A stretch of DNA of 64,000 nucleotides. It comes from Moniliella sp. 'wahieum' (Eukaryota). The translations under genes and the position numbers were made by a program. Of this stretch, positions 51,092 through 64,000 are shown piece by piece. The DNA lies in contig RSEE01000002.1 of the NCBI GenBank assembly GCA_003971905.1, positions 868,001 through 932,000 of the forward strand, read 5' to 3'. A model generated the notes under the pieces. That model saw nothing but the letters and a program-made list of their open reading frames with translations. It was not told where the DNA came from and ran no database searches. The first letter of the stretch is position 1. Every line of letters begins with the position of its first letter.

Positions 51092-52360
51092 CTACACTGA
51101 AAAGAATGGGCTATATATGTGGAGGATATAGGACGCGTCGGTGGGGAGCATCATCAGCGCTACTAAGTAGTACTAATTTTGAGAAGTGGGTGCATTGTGT
51201 GCGGCGCATCAACATGCTGTCTGTTTGTGGGTGGACAAGAAAAGGGGAAATAAGGGATCTGGTTCAGGGGTTGATGCTTTTGATAGAATGGCCCAGAGGA
51301 CTGTAGGAGCAGAGCGCTTGTCAGATCCAGACGACGAAAGAGAGGCACGACCGGATGACACAGCCGAACGGGCTATGGAATCCTCCACAACAAAGCTGAT
51401 GCTACGTTACATCGATGTGCGCTGTGTTTATTTACCGTCTTACACAACCAGAGGCCCACACAGCCGGGGGGCGCAGCACAAGCCGGACAGAGCCCCCCTT
51501 TTTTACGATTCACAATAAGAGAGCGGGTCTGGACACCAAGAGGGTCCGCCGCACATCAGGCACACGTTTGTAGATGTGGTCCCGCTTTCCCAGGCAAAAC
51601 AAGAGCTAATGTGGGCCGTAGCATCCGCTGGACGGAAGTGATGGCTTGGGCTCCTGGTATCACTGCTATGGGCCAGGGATTCTGTCTCTCTCCCCTCGGT
51701 TGATCAACATCCCGGCAACGTCCACACAGCGCATGTTGCCCTTTTTTGGCATACTCTGTGATAATTCAATCCTTTGGACTGTCGTCGCGCTGCGGATGGA
51801 CAGCTACGTGAGCCGGCCTGTGCGTCTACGGGGCGGGTGTGGGGTGTGTTGCGCGCAAAACGAAAAGGGGGCAAAGGGGCAAGAGGGGGGCAGCGCGAAT
51901 GACAAAACAAGAAAGGAGCAAGGGCGGCGGGGGGCGGAACAGAGAGAGGCACGGGAGGAGCGTCACCGGTTCCTCACCGGCCCCTTTCCGTGGGTTATCA
52001 ATTGGATATTGATATACTGATAGGAAGGGAATACGACATGGGAAACGTTCAATAAACTCCGCAGTGGGTACTGAGCTTTGCTGTATGTCCGCAGCCAAGT
52101 GCCTCTCGAGCTCACCGAAAGACAGAGTTGGTCTCCAACTCTGTACCCTGTGCCCCCCGTTCATCGATCATCGCGCAGCAACTAGCAGCTGCAGATGTGG
52201 TCGGATGTCACATGCATGTCATCGACAGGTTGGAGAGACACGTTGGATGAGATTGATGAGAAGGGTGTGTGACATGCGGTCGTGGTCAAAAGCTTGTGCG
52301 CTCTTCCATCCATGATGCATGATCGATGATCGATGATCCCCATATTCTCAACGAGCCGAC

Positions 52361-52457
52361 CGTGGAGGAGGATGGATCACACGCTGCGCGACTTGGGAAC
52401 TCACGAAGCGCAAGCCGCGTACCGGAAGGTGCAATGGTACATGAGAGCATCGCGACG
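52361..52457 (+). mobile_element. Internal ~100-bp fragment of the RLE non-LTR family
   Basis: Encodes MDHTLRDLGTHEAQAAYRKV, versus VDHTLRDTGSLEAQSAYRRV at about 63502-63562. Confidence 0.7.
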
Positions 52458-52620
52458 TGTTAATAATATCACACGGCACGCGTCACGTGTCACACGATTC
52501 AATGATGCATGTCACATGTCACATGTCACATGCTCACACGCCTACCCTGACACGGGCCACGGCCACACCCAACACAAGATCGCACGGCAAGTCACCCGGC
52601 CATGTACTTACATACATAAC

Positions 52621-54910
52621 ATGAGCATCTTGAACGACCTGAACGGCGAAGGACTCGTGTTCTTCCCTCGCCGTTCGACCTTCAACTCTAGGCAACATGT
52701 TTGGCTCCAAGAACGCAGCGCCGCAGATTGTGGTGCAGAATGTGGCGAACGGGAAACAGTATACCAGCGTGTGCTGATTCTTCAAGGTGTAGTAGAGAAC
52801 TATACTGCCCCGCGGGGCACGCTTCTGGTCGCCGCTGCCGACGGCAAATACGATCCACTTGTCTGGCAAATCAATCATGGGCACTTCAAGGCGATTGTTC
52901 CCCTCTCTCCCGGCACGAATGAACTGGCTCTTCAGTTGTTCAACGGAGAGTACACCCACGCTTCCCAGATTCTGCACTATGACGGCCGGGCGTGGCAGCA
53001 GCACGAGCGAAGCCTTACCCAGCTGCCCTTCAGCATTTGGTACCAGCGCGACCGTGGAACTCCACCGCTTCATCTCGCAATACTCGTCGCCAAGGACAGT
53101 CCTTCCCTCCGGGCCCCGGATGAGGCTCCAACGTCATCTCATTCAGGCTTGTTGAGCCAGTTGGGACGCAAGATCGCTAGCCACACCAACGCCGGGACAC
53201 CCCCACGCGCCTTGGTAGATGCACCACCGGGAGAACAGGCACACCATCTGCGCTCAATGAACGAAGTTAAGCGCCGCTTTGCTCTGCAGGCATACCTGTG
53301 GCAGGCGTTCCAAGGGGAGCAGATGCACCGTCAGGGCCTGGGCCGGCGCACGTTTGCCCTTGATGACAATGATGGCGACGATCAACCCAAGATGGGTCAC
53401 CGGCAGCGTGAGGTGAGTGAGTACCCCACCGTGCACGTGCTTGTCTCCGACCATTCGGTGGCCGAGTTCCTCGACCCCGACAATGCTCAGCAGAACCCCA
53501 ATGCCAAGAATGATGGGGCAATGCACACTTCGCCTACGAAGCCCTTTCTTCGCCTCAGTGCCCCCAGGCCATTAGGCAGGCCACCAAAGGGCCGATCGCA
53601 GTTCTGGTGCTTGACACGCACTGGGATCCTTCTATTCCCCTTCTCCGTGGTCACGCGGCAGTCGGGTCCGCCGACCCGGGGGGTTTATCGTTTGGCGTAA
53701 TGGGGAGTCACTGGATCTGGGCCGCACCACATGGGCTTGATGAGCTAACGGAAGCGATGCAAAGTCACGAACGGACGGACGAGCGGTTTTGTGTTAATGA
53801 TGTAGGCGAATGTGGGTACGCATTCGAGACGCTCAACATTGGTTCGGGCGCGTTTGTGCACGAAGTGGGCCATGCATTCAATAACCCCCATTGGCCGGGG
53901 GGAATCATGCTTCGTGGGTACGTTGAGTGGAACAGGGCGTTTATGACCTGTGAGGGTGCCCGCACCCAGCGGCACGCCCCAGGCGAAGAGAACGTGAACC
54001 CCATTACCCCAGCGAACGACAGTGGCATGAATTACCTCCACCGACTGCAGGCGGTGAGGGGACGCTGGCATCCATCCCAAGCACTTCCCACGGACCCGCC
54101 TCTTCCCTTTTACAACTCCAATGCCGGGCCCGAAGCTTACCGCCTCTGGTGCTCTGCCGAACCCACGTATGAAGCTGGGGTCAACGGTTTGGAGGTCAAT
54201 GCTCCCTGTGGAGTTGGCGCGATCGAGATCTATACCAAGCCCCAAGGCGAGGGGGGGGACGGTGACTTGACCACGCATATCGAATTTACAGGGCTGCAGG
54301 GGGGCCATGCCCCTCCGTCGTCCTTGTTGCTCGATCCCAAGTGGATGTCATCGCTGGTGGGATACGACGTGCTTGATCCCTCGGCGCGCACGGTGAGGAT
54401 CAACGTTGTGGCCTGCAACCTGCGGCAGACGACAGTAGAGAATTATCGCACACAAGCTTTTGCAGTGCCCATTAATCTGGCCGACGTTCCCTTTGGACTT
54501 GCCAAGGGCTCCTTCTCAGGCCAAATGGCTGGCCCAGAGTGTCTGCATGTCTTTAAAAACAGCTACTCGGCTGTTCATATGACTGCGTTCATTGTACGCG
54601 CAGGCGCCTATATGGATGGACTGGAGGTCGAATACTCGGATGGCACGCGTTGGAGCGAGCTTTCAGGCGGTGGAGGCACAGCCTACCGGTTTGAAGTCCA
54701 TCCGGGTGAGTACCTCGCTGCCATCAATGTGCGGAGTGGAGCATGGATCGATGCTCTCCAGCTGGAACTAACAAGTGGGCGCAAGAGCGACTGGTACGGG
54801 GGAGGTGGAGGCGGGGAACGCACGCTTTCTTTTGCCGGCAAAGAGGTGGCAGGGCTTACGGGTCCACCAACGGGTGGCTATATAGTTTGGGGCTGCTACG
54901 TCGCATCTAG
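52621..54910 (+). CDS. Putative zinc metallopeptidase with C-terminal jacalin-like lectin domain (YIL108W-like)
   Basis: FKAIVPLSPGTN, PPLHLAILVAKDSP, AYLWQAF..EQM.R, HEVGHAF..PH...GIM.RGY (HExxH plus Met-turn) and a jacalin-like VRSGAWIDAL...WYGGGGG. Frameshifts; the stop at 54908-54910 is inferred. Confidence 0.85.
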
Positions 54911-55502
54911 CGCACACATACTCCGTGTAGAAGCTCCCTTGGTCTCTTGTACACTTTTTACAATGACACGCGCATCCCCCTCTTTCTCTTTTAGCATGTG
55001 CTGGGCAAACAATGACTTCACCCGGCCACGAGACGGTTCAGTCCGACCAAACGTTCCTCAAACAAGGGAAGCCGCAATACTCCCATATGTGGGTTGCTAC
55101 ACCTCCCGTATTTTTTCCACCTGCACCAGACGAGATGGCGTGGTTGCTGTCGACCCTCGGACCGTGCCACGTCCACCCGTATACCATTAAATGTGCCAGC
55201 CACGTGCATCTCGGTCTGAGCCAACGCGTTGGTCCTGACGATGGTTATTGTGACAGTATAGGTGCAGGTCAAGTGGTTGATCGACCGACTAAAGCATTAC
55301 CTGTTGTCGATAACAGTCACATATCCCCTCCTATCCCTCTGTTTCTTCAGCGGCAATGCATGTTTTCTGAAAGTTAGCCTTTGCTGGCGCGATCCACATT
55401 GTTGCTGAGCCCGGAGCCCTGACATGCCCTTGGTGTATGACGAATGAAAGAACACGTCCATCCCATGATGATCAAGCTTGAAAGGCACAATGATAAGGGG
55501 TT

Positions 55503-56373
55503 TCAGTTATCACCGACGCGCCTCTGTGGACCGGCGCGGAGAACGCGAGCGGGACCTGTCCTGGTTCGGGGCTCATCACGGTAGGAACCTGGGCGTTCTT
55601 CTCGTGGCCGATGGGAATGCCGGCGATCAGGCTCACGATCGTGCCGGCTGTGATGCTCAGAGCGGCTGCGATGATGATCTTTGTTGTCCGTGCGGTCGTC
55701 GCGAGGGGAGCGGGGGCGATCATGTCTTGATTCACGATGCGAATGGGAGCGGGTGTGGGAGTGGGAATGGGAGTGGGATGAGCCATGCCGTTCCCTCCGG
55801 CTTGCTCTTTCTTCACGAATTTTAGCTCGCTCCGCTTTTCGAATCCTCTTTTTCCTTGCGCTGTTCCTCTCCATCCGAGAGGTTGTCCTTGAACATCAGG
55901 AGGGGGTCTTTAAGGTCCTTTCGGGTTCAGGGATCGTGCTTGGCCCCGGCGACAAAAGCCGAGGAGCAGCGTTCAAGCTTTGTTCCTCCGCATCGTGCAG
56001 CTTTCCATCCTTCCCACGCGTTTTGGGCTGTTTGTACCCCTTGACGTGGTCCACTCGCAGCGTGCGACCAAGGACAACGGCTCCATTGAGGTTATCAACG
56101 GCGAGGATGGTGGACCGCTGATCCTCGTACATCAAAAAGCCGAACCCGCGGCGTTCTCCCTTTTCCTTGTCTCGCGGGAGATTAATGTCTAGCACCTCTC
56201 CGAACTGGGAAAAGATGGTAATCACGTCTCCCTCGGTCAACTGCTTGGGTAGACCACCGAGGAAAATGTACGCGCTGTCCTTGTAGTCTTCGTGCCAGCT
56301 CCCCCGCCCCCCCGCAACAGCAAGTTCAAGTTCGCGCTCGTTGAGCTTTTGGACCGCACGCACGTTGCTGCAT
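55503..56373 (-). CDS. IST3: RES-complex RRM protein Ist3/Snu17 (RBMX2)
   Basis: VRAVQKLNERELE, SWHEDYKDSAYIFLGGL, LTEGDVITIFSQFGE and YEDQRSTILAVDNLNG...RTLRVDHV, with an Arg/His-rich tail. Confidence 0.92.
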
Positions 56374-56633
56374 GTCGAAGTTAATAGACGACAATACTCA
56401 AGGGAGCGTGACTCACTTCATCAGGGTGTGTAAAGTGGTGGAGAGGAAGCTACTCGATGGGTGCGTTTTCTGGAGATGGCGAGAGTTTAAATTAACACCT
56501 GTGTTGCGGAACCGCAATTCCGCCCTCACGATTGCCGCCACATCCATTCGTAACTTGACCCCACCTCTACTCCATTCGCTTTGGGTTCGCTGCCAGTAGG
56601 GCTGCGAGGCAAGTGCCCTTCTTCCATCGCAAC

Positions 56634-57092
56634 ATGAACGACCCAGCATCAACCCTGCAAGGCACATCCTCTGCATTGGAGCAGTGGCGCGAATCTCTGG
56701 CGTTGAGGCATGAGAGTGCTCTGCCCAACTGGGGGGATGAAGAAGGAGACGGAGTTGGGGATCGTGCCTCCGCATCGAGCGGCTATCTGTCGGGAGGGGA
56801 GGAAGTTTGGCTGAGCGAAGCGGAGGATTCGGACTTCGAATACGACTCGGATGAGGAGGAAAGACTTCTCCAGGAAGAATGGGAAGCGTCTGTACGACAA
56901 TTTAAGACGATCGTCCAGGTTGTGCTTCTGCCTTACCTGGGCAAATTCTATGGCCGACGATTTGGATACTATGGTATGTTCTACCCGAGCTTGTGTGTGA
57001 ATACTACGTGCTGGTGATGCTGATCCATGGCTTCACGAAAAGTGTTTACTAGGTGGCAGCTGTATGGTTTCACCCCTCCTTTTGGGGATTGA
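56634..57092 (+). CDS. MIM2: Mitochondrial import protein Mim2-like
   Basis: Acidic N-terminus, then LLQEEWEASVRQF..IVQVVLLPYLGKFYGRRFGYY. Intron 56974-57042. Confidence 0.75.
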
Positions 57093-57700
57093 GAGGGTAC
57101 TTCCCCACCAACTCATGGGTGCCATCGAGTTTGCTGGCCCTGTTCGAGGGTTAAGTCTCCTCTTTGCATTGCTTCGTCACTTCATCATATTCAAACCCAA
57201 TCTAGCGTGTCCTAGCAGTCTTTCCCGCCCTGGTGGTACTTTCTTCCAGATCGCGGGACCTCTCGTACTGTTTGTTTGTCCCCTGTAATCCGGCACTTGA
57301 CGGAACCCTGCATGAAGCGAAGATCTCTGTATTAGGCCTTATGCGGGATACCACCTGCGTATGGGTTGGTGAGGGTGAGACCAAGTGGGGTGCCTTGGAC
57401 AAGCAACAGGACGACCCCCGTCCCCACCGAAGGACGAAAGGGATGTTCGGCTGAGGTTGGTGTGGTGGTGCTTCGTTGCCAGCTCCAGACGGGTGTAATT
57501 TCATTTCTCCGGGGCTTGTCAGTCACATCACGGTGAAATCACTCAACACGCGACGCTCGTTGGCGCAGAACTGAAATTACAAAAGTCAGCTGAGAAAGAC
57601 CAACAACATTGAACGATCGATCAGCCCCAAGTACGATGAAGTTCTATCCTGCACATATCCTACGTCCCACCAGTCTCCGACCTAACGCTCAACAGTCGTC

Positions 57701-58486
57701 ATGTCTGCTCGACCTCGTCGCTCACCAAGCCGTATTCCTCGATCACCACTCTCGGAGAATGAGAGTGTGTCGTTCGACAGTCTCTTGCCCCATCGCCTCA
57801 CCCCACGCTCCAAAGCCAATTCCCAGTCTTCGCCATCTTCCGTCAATATGCGCGAGAGCGGCGGGGGCACAGTCGGCTTGGATCGACGGTCATCCCCGGA
57901 CGGCAACGATCATAGGCATCGCCGCTCCCCCAGTCCGTTTACACGGGTACTCAGAGAACTCTTCCCGGAGTACCGCCCCGAAAAATCGTCATCACCGCCG
58001 ATTGGGTGCTCCTCACCCTCACATTCTCCATCGGTTTCTCCCAGTGAAAAGTCCCTGGGCTCGCAACACCTGCCTCGAACACCCACCTTCCGCACCTTTG
58101 CTTACCTGCCTCTAGCAAACCAGCCCTCCTCATGTCCCTCTAAACTCACGTCAACAACTCTCTGCTCTTCTCAAGATCGGAGCCCCATTCCTGGCTCATG
58201 GCCCCGTACTCCGCCAGAAGAGGAATTGGATCCCACAAGGGAACCCTCGCCTCGGGTCAGCCCTCAGGAAGTTCAAACATTGCCAAGGAGAAGGCGAAAT
58301 TCCAATTCGAAAGCCTTGGGCCCCGTTGCCGCTCATGTGGTTGCTGAGACTGAAGTTCGCCTAGCGCGTGCACGATACCTGCCGTACCCGAAAAGGAAGA
58401 GCGTGTCAAATGGACAGTTCCAGCGGCGTAGCAACCCCCAAAACAGATGGCAAGTCGCATCCTCACCAAGCAGAAGGGATACTTAA
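57701..58486 (+). CDS. Hypothetical Ser/Pro/Arg-rich disordered protein
   Basis: 261-aa ATG-initiated ORF with no recognisable domain. It may extend to about 59014 through frameshifts. Confidence 0.35.
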   Translation: MSARPRRSPSRIPRSPLSENESVSFDSLLPHRLTPRSKANSQSSPSSVNMRESGGGTVGLDRRSSPDGNDHRHRRSPSPFTRVLRELFPEYRPEKSSSPPIGCSSPSHSPSVSPSEKSLGSQHLPRTPTFRTFAYLPLANQPSSCPSKLTSTTLCSSQDRSPIPGSWPRTPPEEELDPTREPSPRVSPQEVQTLPRRRRNSNSKALGPVAAHVVAETEVRLARARYLPYPKRKSVSNGQFQRRSNPQNRWQVASSPSRRDT

Positions 58487-59353
58487 TGTTGTCTCGCCCC
58501 AACGAAGACCTACGCGAGAAGGCATTTCCTATTCAGGCACGGGTCAAAGCGCCTTCCAAGAACGGGCGCGGTACAACCGCACAGGAGCCGACGCCCCCAT
58601 TGGTCACGATTTGAGCCCGGGACGCAGGGAGATTGGGAGGCGGCGGGATGCCCTATGGAACCATACTCCCAAATGTACAGATGGGGCACGTCCAACTCGC
58701 CTGTATGGGCCCAACACACCCAACCCTCCACTTCCCCTGGGTACAAGAACCCCCCTCGCCCCGTCCCCCATCGGGCGGAACATTGGTCATCGACTTATTT
58801 CCCCCTTCTTCTCTTGGCCACCCGCCCAAGTCAACACCCCGACATGAGACCCGACCTTCAAACGCTCAAGAGGATATATGGACAACTGCACGGAGGGATG
58901 TATGGGCAGCCCGTGTGCGAGCACGGACAGGAGCTGAGCTCAGGCGCTACTGAAGAACCATTTGTCATGTTCATGTCCTACTCCTACTGCTATGCTGCAC
59001 TTGCCCCCACATGACCGAACAAGTGTCAATGCAAACCAGGGTAGTTTTTTTAAGCAAATACTCGGCGAACCGACAGATCATCCTCAACAGGCGCTAGGGC
59101 CGCACGCTTTTCCTTACGCTGTTACAGGGCTGATATAGCTGCGGTTACGCGTGTTACGCGTTACCACGTTACCAGTTACCCTTGGCCGTTGGCTAGGTTC
59201 TGAGCCCAATTAAGACGGAAAGGTGCTACATGTTCTCGGGTACTTTAACGCCCTGCGCGGGAATCGTCATGATCAGAAAGAGCACCTTTCACAAGTACAG
59301 AACCGCAGACAATAAATGAGCGCAATACAACGAAAGGCGAAAGGGAACGTTTG

Positions 59354-62300
59354 TCACCACAAACGAGCGCCCGAAGCGGGATAGAGAGCTAGTGTGGGGT
59401 GTGGGGAGCACAGGGCTAGGAAGGGTATCAAGACTTTTTCCCAACGAGCAACGACGGTCACCTGAAGTAAATATTGGCTTGAAGCTGATCGAGTAGAATC
59501 GACTAGGGTGCGCGGGACAGCCAGCGCATCGCCTGAGGGAGCGGAGGCGCCGGCAGTTGGGTTGGAGGCAAGGGGAACCAAGCTCGTGTCTGAGAGGAGC
59601 GCGGCAGAGGATCCAGACAGACCAGGTTGCTTGGGGGTGGAGCCAAGCAGGGCTTGGTCGGCCTGTGCTTCGAGCAATTTAGTGTACTTGTCCTGCCACA
59701 AAACACGATTATGCTCTTCTTCCTGTACACGGGAGCGGAAACTGGCCAACTGGGCCTGTAAGGCATTCAGTTCCTCCAGGAGACCAGAAACTTGGCTCTC
59801 CATTGCCTCTTTGACCGTTTGGGCCTCCGTCCGGGCTTGCTCCGCTTCCTTCTGCGCCTGGAGAAGTTCGGAAGACAGTTGGGTCGTGGGAGCCCGTTGC
59901 GCTTGCCTATGCAATTCGCTCAGCTCCATTTCGAGGTCTTTCACCCTCATCGAGAGCGCAGCAGGGTCCATTCCCAACGTTACTGTCCTCAGCCCGGCAC
60001 GGGAAGGAGTGGTGGGACGTGCAGGAGTCGTAGGGCGGGAAGGCGTGACAGGTCTCCGCCCTTTCCGACGGGAGGAGGACATGGGGCCTTTGCTTGCTGA
60101 GGATAAAGTCTGAGCGCGACGGCGGGGCATGCCCATGCCCAGCCCCTCGGCGGAAGGAGTGGTGGTCGGAAGCCCGCCATTAAGAGAATGGGGAGAGGCC
60201 ATTGGGGCGGAAGGAAGCGAATAGAGCTTGTCATGGGAGAAGCCAGGGAGAGAGGAAGAAACCCCTGGCCACGGTTGGGGCGAACCCGCACCCGAAGATG
60301 GGGAGGCTGAAATGGACGCCGATGGGAGAGGATGAGTCCAGCTCTTTTGGACAATCGCTTCAATTTTGTTCAAGGCTGTGTGGATTTCAGCGATGGAACT
60401 TGAACGGCGTGGAGCACTGGCATGCAACATCGAGCAATAGGCTTGCCAATGCTCCTGTAGAGCCTTAGCAATTTCCTCGGCCTGGTGGACACGCTGAATC
60501 AAATCCATAATATGCGGCGTCACAGCCGCCCAGCGGAGTGATAGCGGGAAGTTATTGTCCCAGTTCCAATGGAGAGGCGAGTTAGACGTAGGCGAGGTTG
60601 GAGAGGTCGACATGGTTTCAAACTGGGCCGCTAGTGCAGCAAAGCGGGCATTCTTCGCCTTGGGTTCCCCAGATGAAGGCTGCGGCTTGGCAGATGACGA
60701 TCCGAGACGTGCAGACGCACAGCCCCTGGGGAAGAGTGTGCAGAAGAGCGAGTAAGCCTCCTCATCGGAACGAGTGTCGAGAGCCAAATTGGTGTCCAGT
60801 GGACTGGGCGGGTAAGATCCAGGGTCGTAGAAGGGTCAGCAGGAGGTGATGGAAGTTCTGGGTCGCCGAGGTGAGAAAGTGCCGAACGGATCAAAGCAAG
60901 TTCGGTCTGGAGGGTGGAGAGGTCCGGCAGCGCACCAACGGAGGGTGACCCGTCGACTTGAACATGCTCCATGTACAACTGCCGCGGTGAGGACGATAAG
61001 TTCAAGGGGGAGGTGCGGTGGGTCTTGTATCTCTCAACGAACCCGTACGGATCAAAGAAGGAATGTTGAGGGGTGTCTTTCGAGGTGGTAAAGCTGGTGG
61101 AATCTTGGGTGCTGGTACATCCGAGAGTACTTCCTCAGTTGCGCGTCCTTCCGTTGAAGGTTCGACATCCTCGACAGGTTTGGGGCTCAGTTGATCAGAG
61201 AGAGATTGGAGGGACCGGCTCGGCGCAAAGCATAGCCTTTGATCCGCTCCAACTCATCGAGCAAGTCGGCAAAGTGAGTTGAGAGGCGATCGACCAACTG
61301 CTCGATATCTGCGCCCGTATCCTCGTCTTTGCGCGGTAAAGCTTGCCCCATCTTGATCTGGGATAAGAGCATATCCATCTCATCCGCCCATCCACCTTGC
61401 CCAATGCCCGCGCTGCCGATTTTTCCACATCTCGCAATCCTTCTTCGGCCTGCAGCAAGCGATCAGCAAAGAGCGAAATGAGTGGCTCCCTGACCTCATC
61501 CTTCGTTTGAAGGGCAATCAACTCGTCGGATTTCTGGGACAGCTGAACTTCGGCCCTCCTCCTAGCACCCTCTGCGCAACCAATTGGGCTTGAATGGTCT
61601 CCGTCTCATGCCGTGCTTGCTGTACCTCAGCCCTCAGAGTGGCTGACTCGGCCAAAGCAGAGCCTCAACTGCAGTTTGGTCGGAAGCGTCGAGGACAAAG
61701 TCCGCTCCATATCTCTCCTGTCGGCCAATGCATGCTCCAGATCACCCCGGGCCGACTGGGCTCTTTCTGTGCTTGGGTGGCCGCTAAGCGGGCGCCTTCG
61801 AGCTTCCGTTCGAAGCGGTCAGCCATTGCGCGCTTGCTCCATTTCTTGCTGCGCGATACTGAGATCCCTACGGGCATCCGTGCCTGTTTGAGCCACGTCT
61901 CGTTCTTGCACCACACCGCGTACTGGGCTTGAGCTTCAGCCTGAACCGTTCGTGTTGCTTCAGCCAGTTGGGAAATCTTAGGCGCCAGAGAACGTTCCTG
62001 CTGGGCTAAGCGGGAGGCAAGCTGTTCCTGGTGCGTAGAGCGAAGATCAGCCAGTTCAGTGGAGTGCTGCGTTTGGATTTGGCTCAATCCATCCCGGACT
62101 CGCGCCAGTTGAGTCTGTGCCTCATCACGTTCCCTCTGGGCTGCAAGAAGAAGTGCCGAATCGGAGCCGGGACGCCGCAGTGCCTGGTCCCTCTGAGCTG
62201 GGGTAAGAATTGTGGGCAGCCAAAGCGGAAATGTGATGCTGCAGTACATCTGAACGCAACCTTGATGCCTCCTCTGTAGCCTCCAGCAGCTGGGACGTCA

Positions 62301-62616
62301 ATCGCGACGTGGACGCAGAAGAGGTATCGTCGCTAGCTGCATCCGCACTCGGTGGAAAGGTACCATGCAGAGTATCGTACGCGTTGCGTAGGGCCGACTC
62401 CAATCGATGGCGCTGTTGCAGGTGCTTGACTCGCCTCTCGGTGCGGACGAGCGCGACCTGCGTGTCGGTCAGTTGCTCCGGGGGGAGCAAGCCGCCATGG
62501 ATCGCTGGCCGCAGCTTGTCCGCCATCAGCGCCTCCGGGGGAGGCGCATGCGGGCCCAGCAGCACCTCCATCAACGCACTCTCGGATACGTTGGGGGTGG
62601 CGCTGCGCTTCGCCAT
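59354..62616 (-). CDS. Long coiled-coil protein with N-terminal Uds1-like (up-regulated during septation) domain
   Basis: RHRLESALRNAY...EASRLRSDVLQHHISAL resembles the Uds1 domain, followed by several coiled-coil ORF fragments in series on the minus strand. The 3' end is approximate. Confidence 0.55.
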
Positions 62617-63459
62617 GGAGGGCGTGCGAGGCGGTTGGGGGGTGAAGCCTGAGGCCGCGGCGGCTGCCTCGCCACGCTGCGTCGCGGCCAGCCTGGGCCC
62701 CACACTGCCCTCGGGCCTCCAACCCACAGGCATCACGTGATGATCCCTGGTGCATGATGCATGATGCGCCTCCTGGCTCCGCCTCCACGCTGCCGGAGGG
62801 CCGCGCACACGAGCAGTGTCCATTCCCCAGACCCTGGCAGCAACCCTACTTGTCCCTTGAGCGCGTTCGCCCCAGTACACTGACGACGGCTCACGCGCTC
62901 ACACAAGGAGGCCCCCGGTCAGTCGGCGCTGCTGGGCGCAGTTCTTCGTTTGCACGTTCGCATACTGGGCGCCCTCGGACCTCGCGGCCTCAGAGACGAG
63001 CCTCATCCCTCGCCGATCATCTTCGCCCTCATCCTGCCAAAATCGAAGCCGGTGGATTGAGCACTGGCGTGCCAATGCCGTTTACAGTCGAGATGTGGAA
63101 GAAAATTGCAGGCAGGCTTATAATACCTTAGGGTTAGTACAATATCGCAGAGCTGGCACGGTAAATGTGGGTCGCATAATACTGCCACACAATCGTTACG
63201 CCCAAAGGGAGGCGGTAAACGTGGTAAACCCGAAACATAGAATGGGCACTGAGCCTCAGCGCTCTTATTACATGCCACGTACAGAGCGTAAGCATCAGGC
63301 TGATGGCTGTGCCATGAGGCTCATGTCGCTGAGCTGAGCGCTGATGCATGAAGTTTGATGCAATGGGACAAGACACTCGGCACCTAGTATCAGGTTCTCC
63401 CGATCGTTCAACGCGTGTTCTGTTTGCTAGGGCCAAAAAGCCAAAATTATACTAGAAAG

Positions 63460-64000
63460 CGCGTGATGGGGCCCGGAGCACTCGGAGGATCAGGAATGGA
63501 GGTAGACCACACGCTGCGCGACACGGGATCGCTGGAGGCGCAGAGCGCGTACCGGAGGGTGGTGCATGAGAGCACCGCAACTCCCTTGGAACGCCGGGAG
63601 AAGGAGTTGCTTCGGCTGCTTGAACAAGCAGAATGCGACAAGAACGCTAAGTACCAGGGACGCACTCAAGAGCCGTTTTTCCCCCTGGTTTTGACGACGC
63701 GAGGATACCACGGCACCAAGACAGCGGGCAAGTTGTTTGCGCATTGGAAGGAGTTGGCTACTAAGTCTCAGTGGGAATGGTTCCTCGCTCGGATGTCAAC
63801 CACGTTCATCCATGTCCACATGCGCTTCCTAGGGTACGGGACCGGATGGCGAGAGGCGGAGGGTCCTGATATCCTGGCGATCCCCCTGGTTCCTTGACCT
63901 TAGTGGGGCCTCCAAGTAACCCCCGCAAGATGAACGGTTAGGTTTAGACGTAGCGTTCCCCCTGTCCCAGCCTTAAGCTCTGTCAATGAAATGGACGTGG
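63460..64000 (+). mobile_element. 5'-truncated copy of the RLE non-LTR family with an uninterrupted C-terminal ORF and 3' UTR
   Basis: The ORF to 63897 (VMGPG..GMEVDHTL...DKNAKYQG....FFPLVLTTRG...WFLARMS) is colinear with 8420-8855 on the opposite strand and ends in the shared 3' tail. Confidence 0.85.

Noticed and set aside
52333..52620. N-terminal extension of the peptidase ORF that includes retroelement-derived residues (apparent TE-gene fusion)
   Set aside because: The ORF merely stays open through promoter arrays and the TE fragment. The ATG at 52621 fits the start of the conserved domain better.

Overview
This is eukaryotic, GC-rich, intron-poor fungal DNA. From gene content and short GT-AG introns with CTRAC/CTAAC branch points I infer a basidiomycete, possibly Ustilaginomycotina. 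It holds about 22 protein-coding loci: MET10, an APSES/ankyrin MBF/SBF factor, a CYP52/86-type P450, an amino-acid permease, YPT6/Rab6, an OPT transporter, PEX2, DPM1, MDJ1, a membrane-anchored GH79, SNRNP40, NDUFA1, a MAPEG, a metallopeptidase-jacalin protein, IST3/RBMX2, MIM2, a Uds1-like coiled-coil protein and hypotheticals. Most carry single-base frameshifts that look like long-read consensus errors, so gene ends are approximate. Intergenic DNA contains six fragments of one CRE-like (restriction-like endonuclease) non-LTR retrotransposon family, three solo LTRs with 5-bp TSDs, a degenerate eIF2B-beta copy and a ~300-nt fold-back hairpin. The most striking unexplained signal is dozens of non-coding 7-bp-period arrays of the form TNA-[4-bp palindrome]-TNA, in which the palindrome can usually be predicted from the flanking dinucleotide. 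This suggests a repeated, rule-based mutational or transposon-footprint process. All family assignments are by eye from motifs; no database searches were run.
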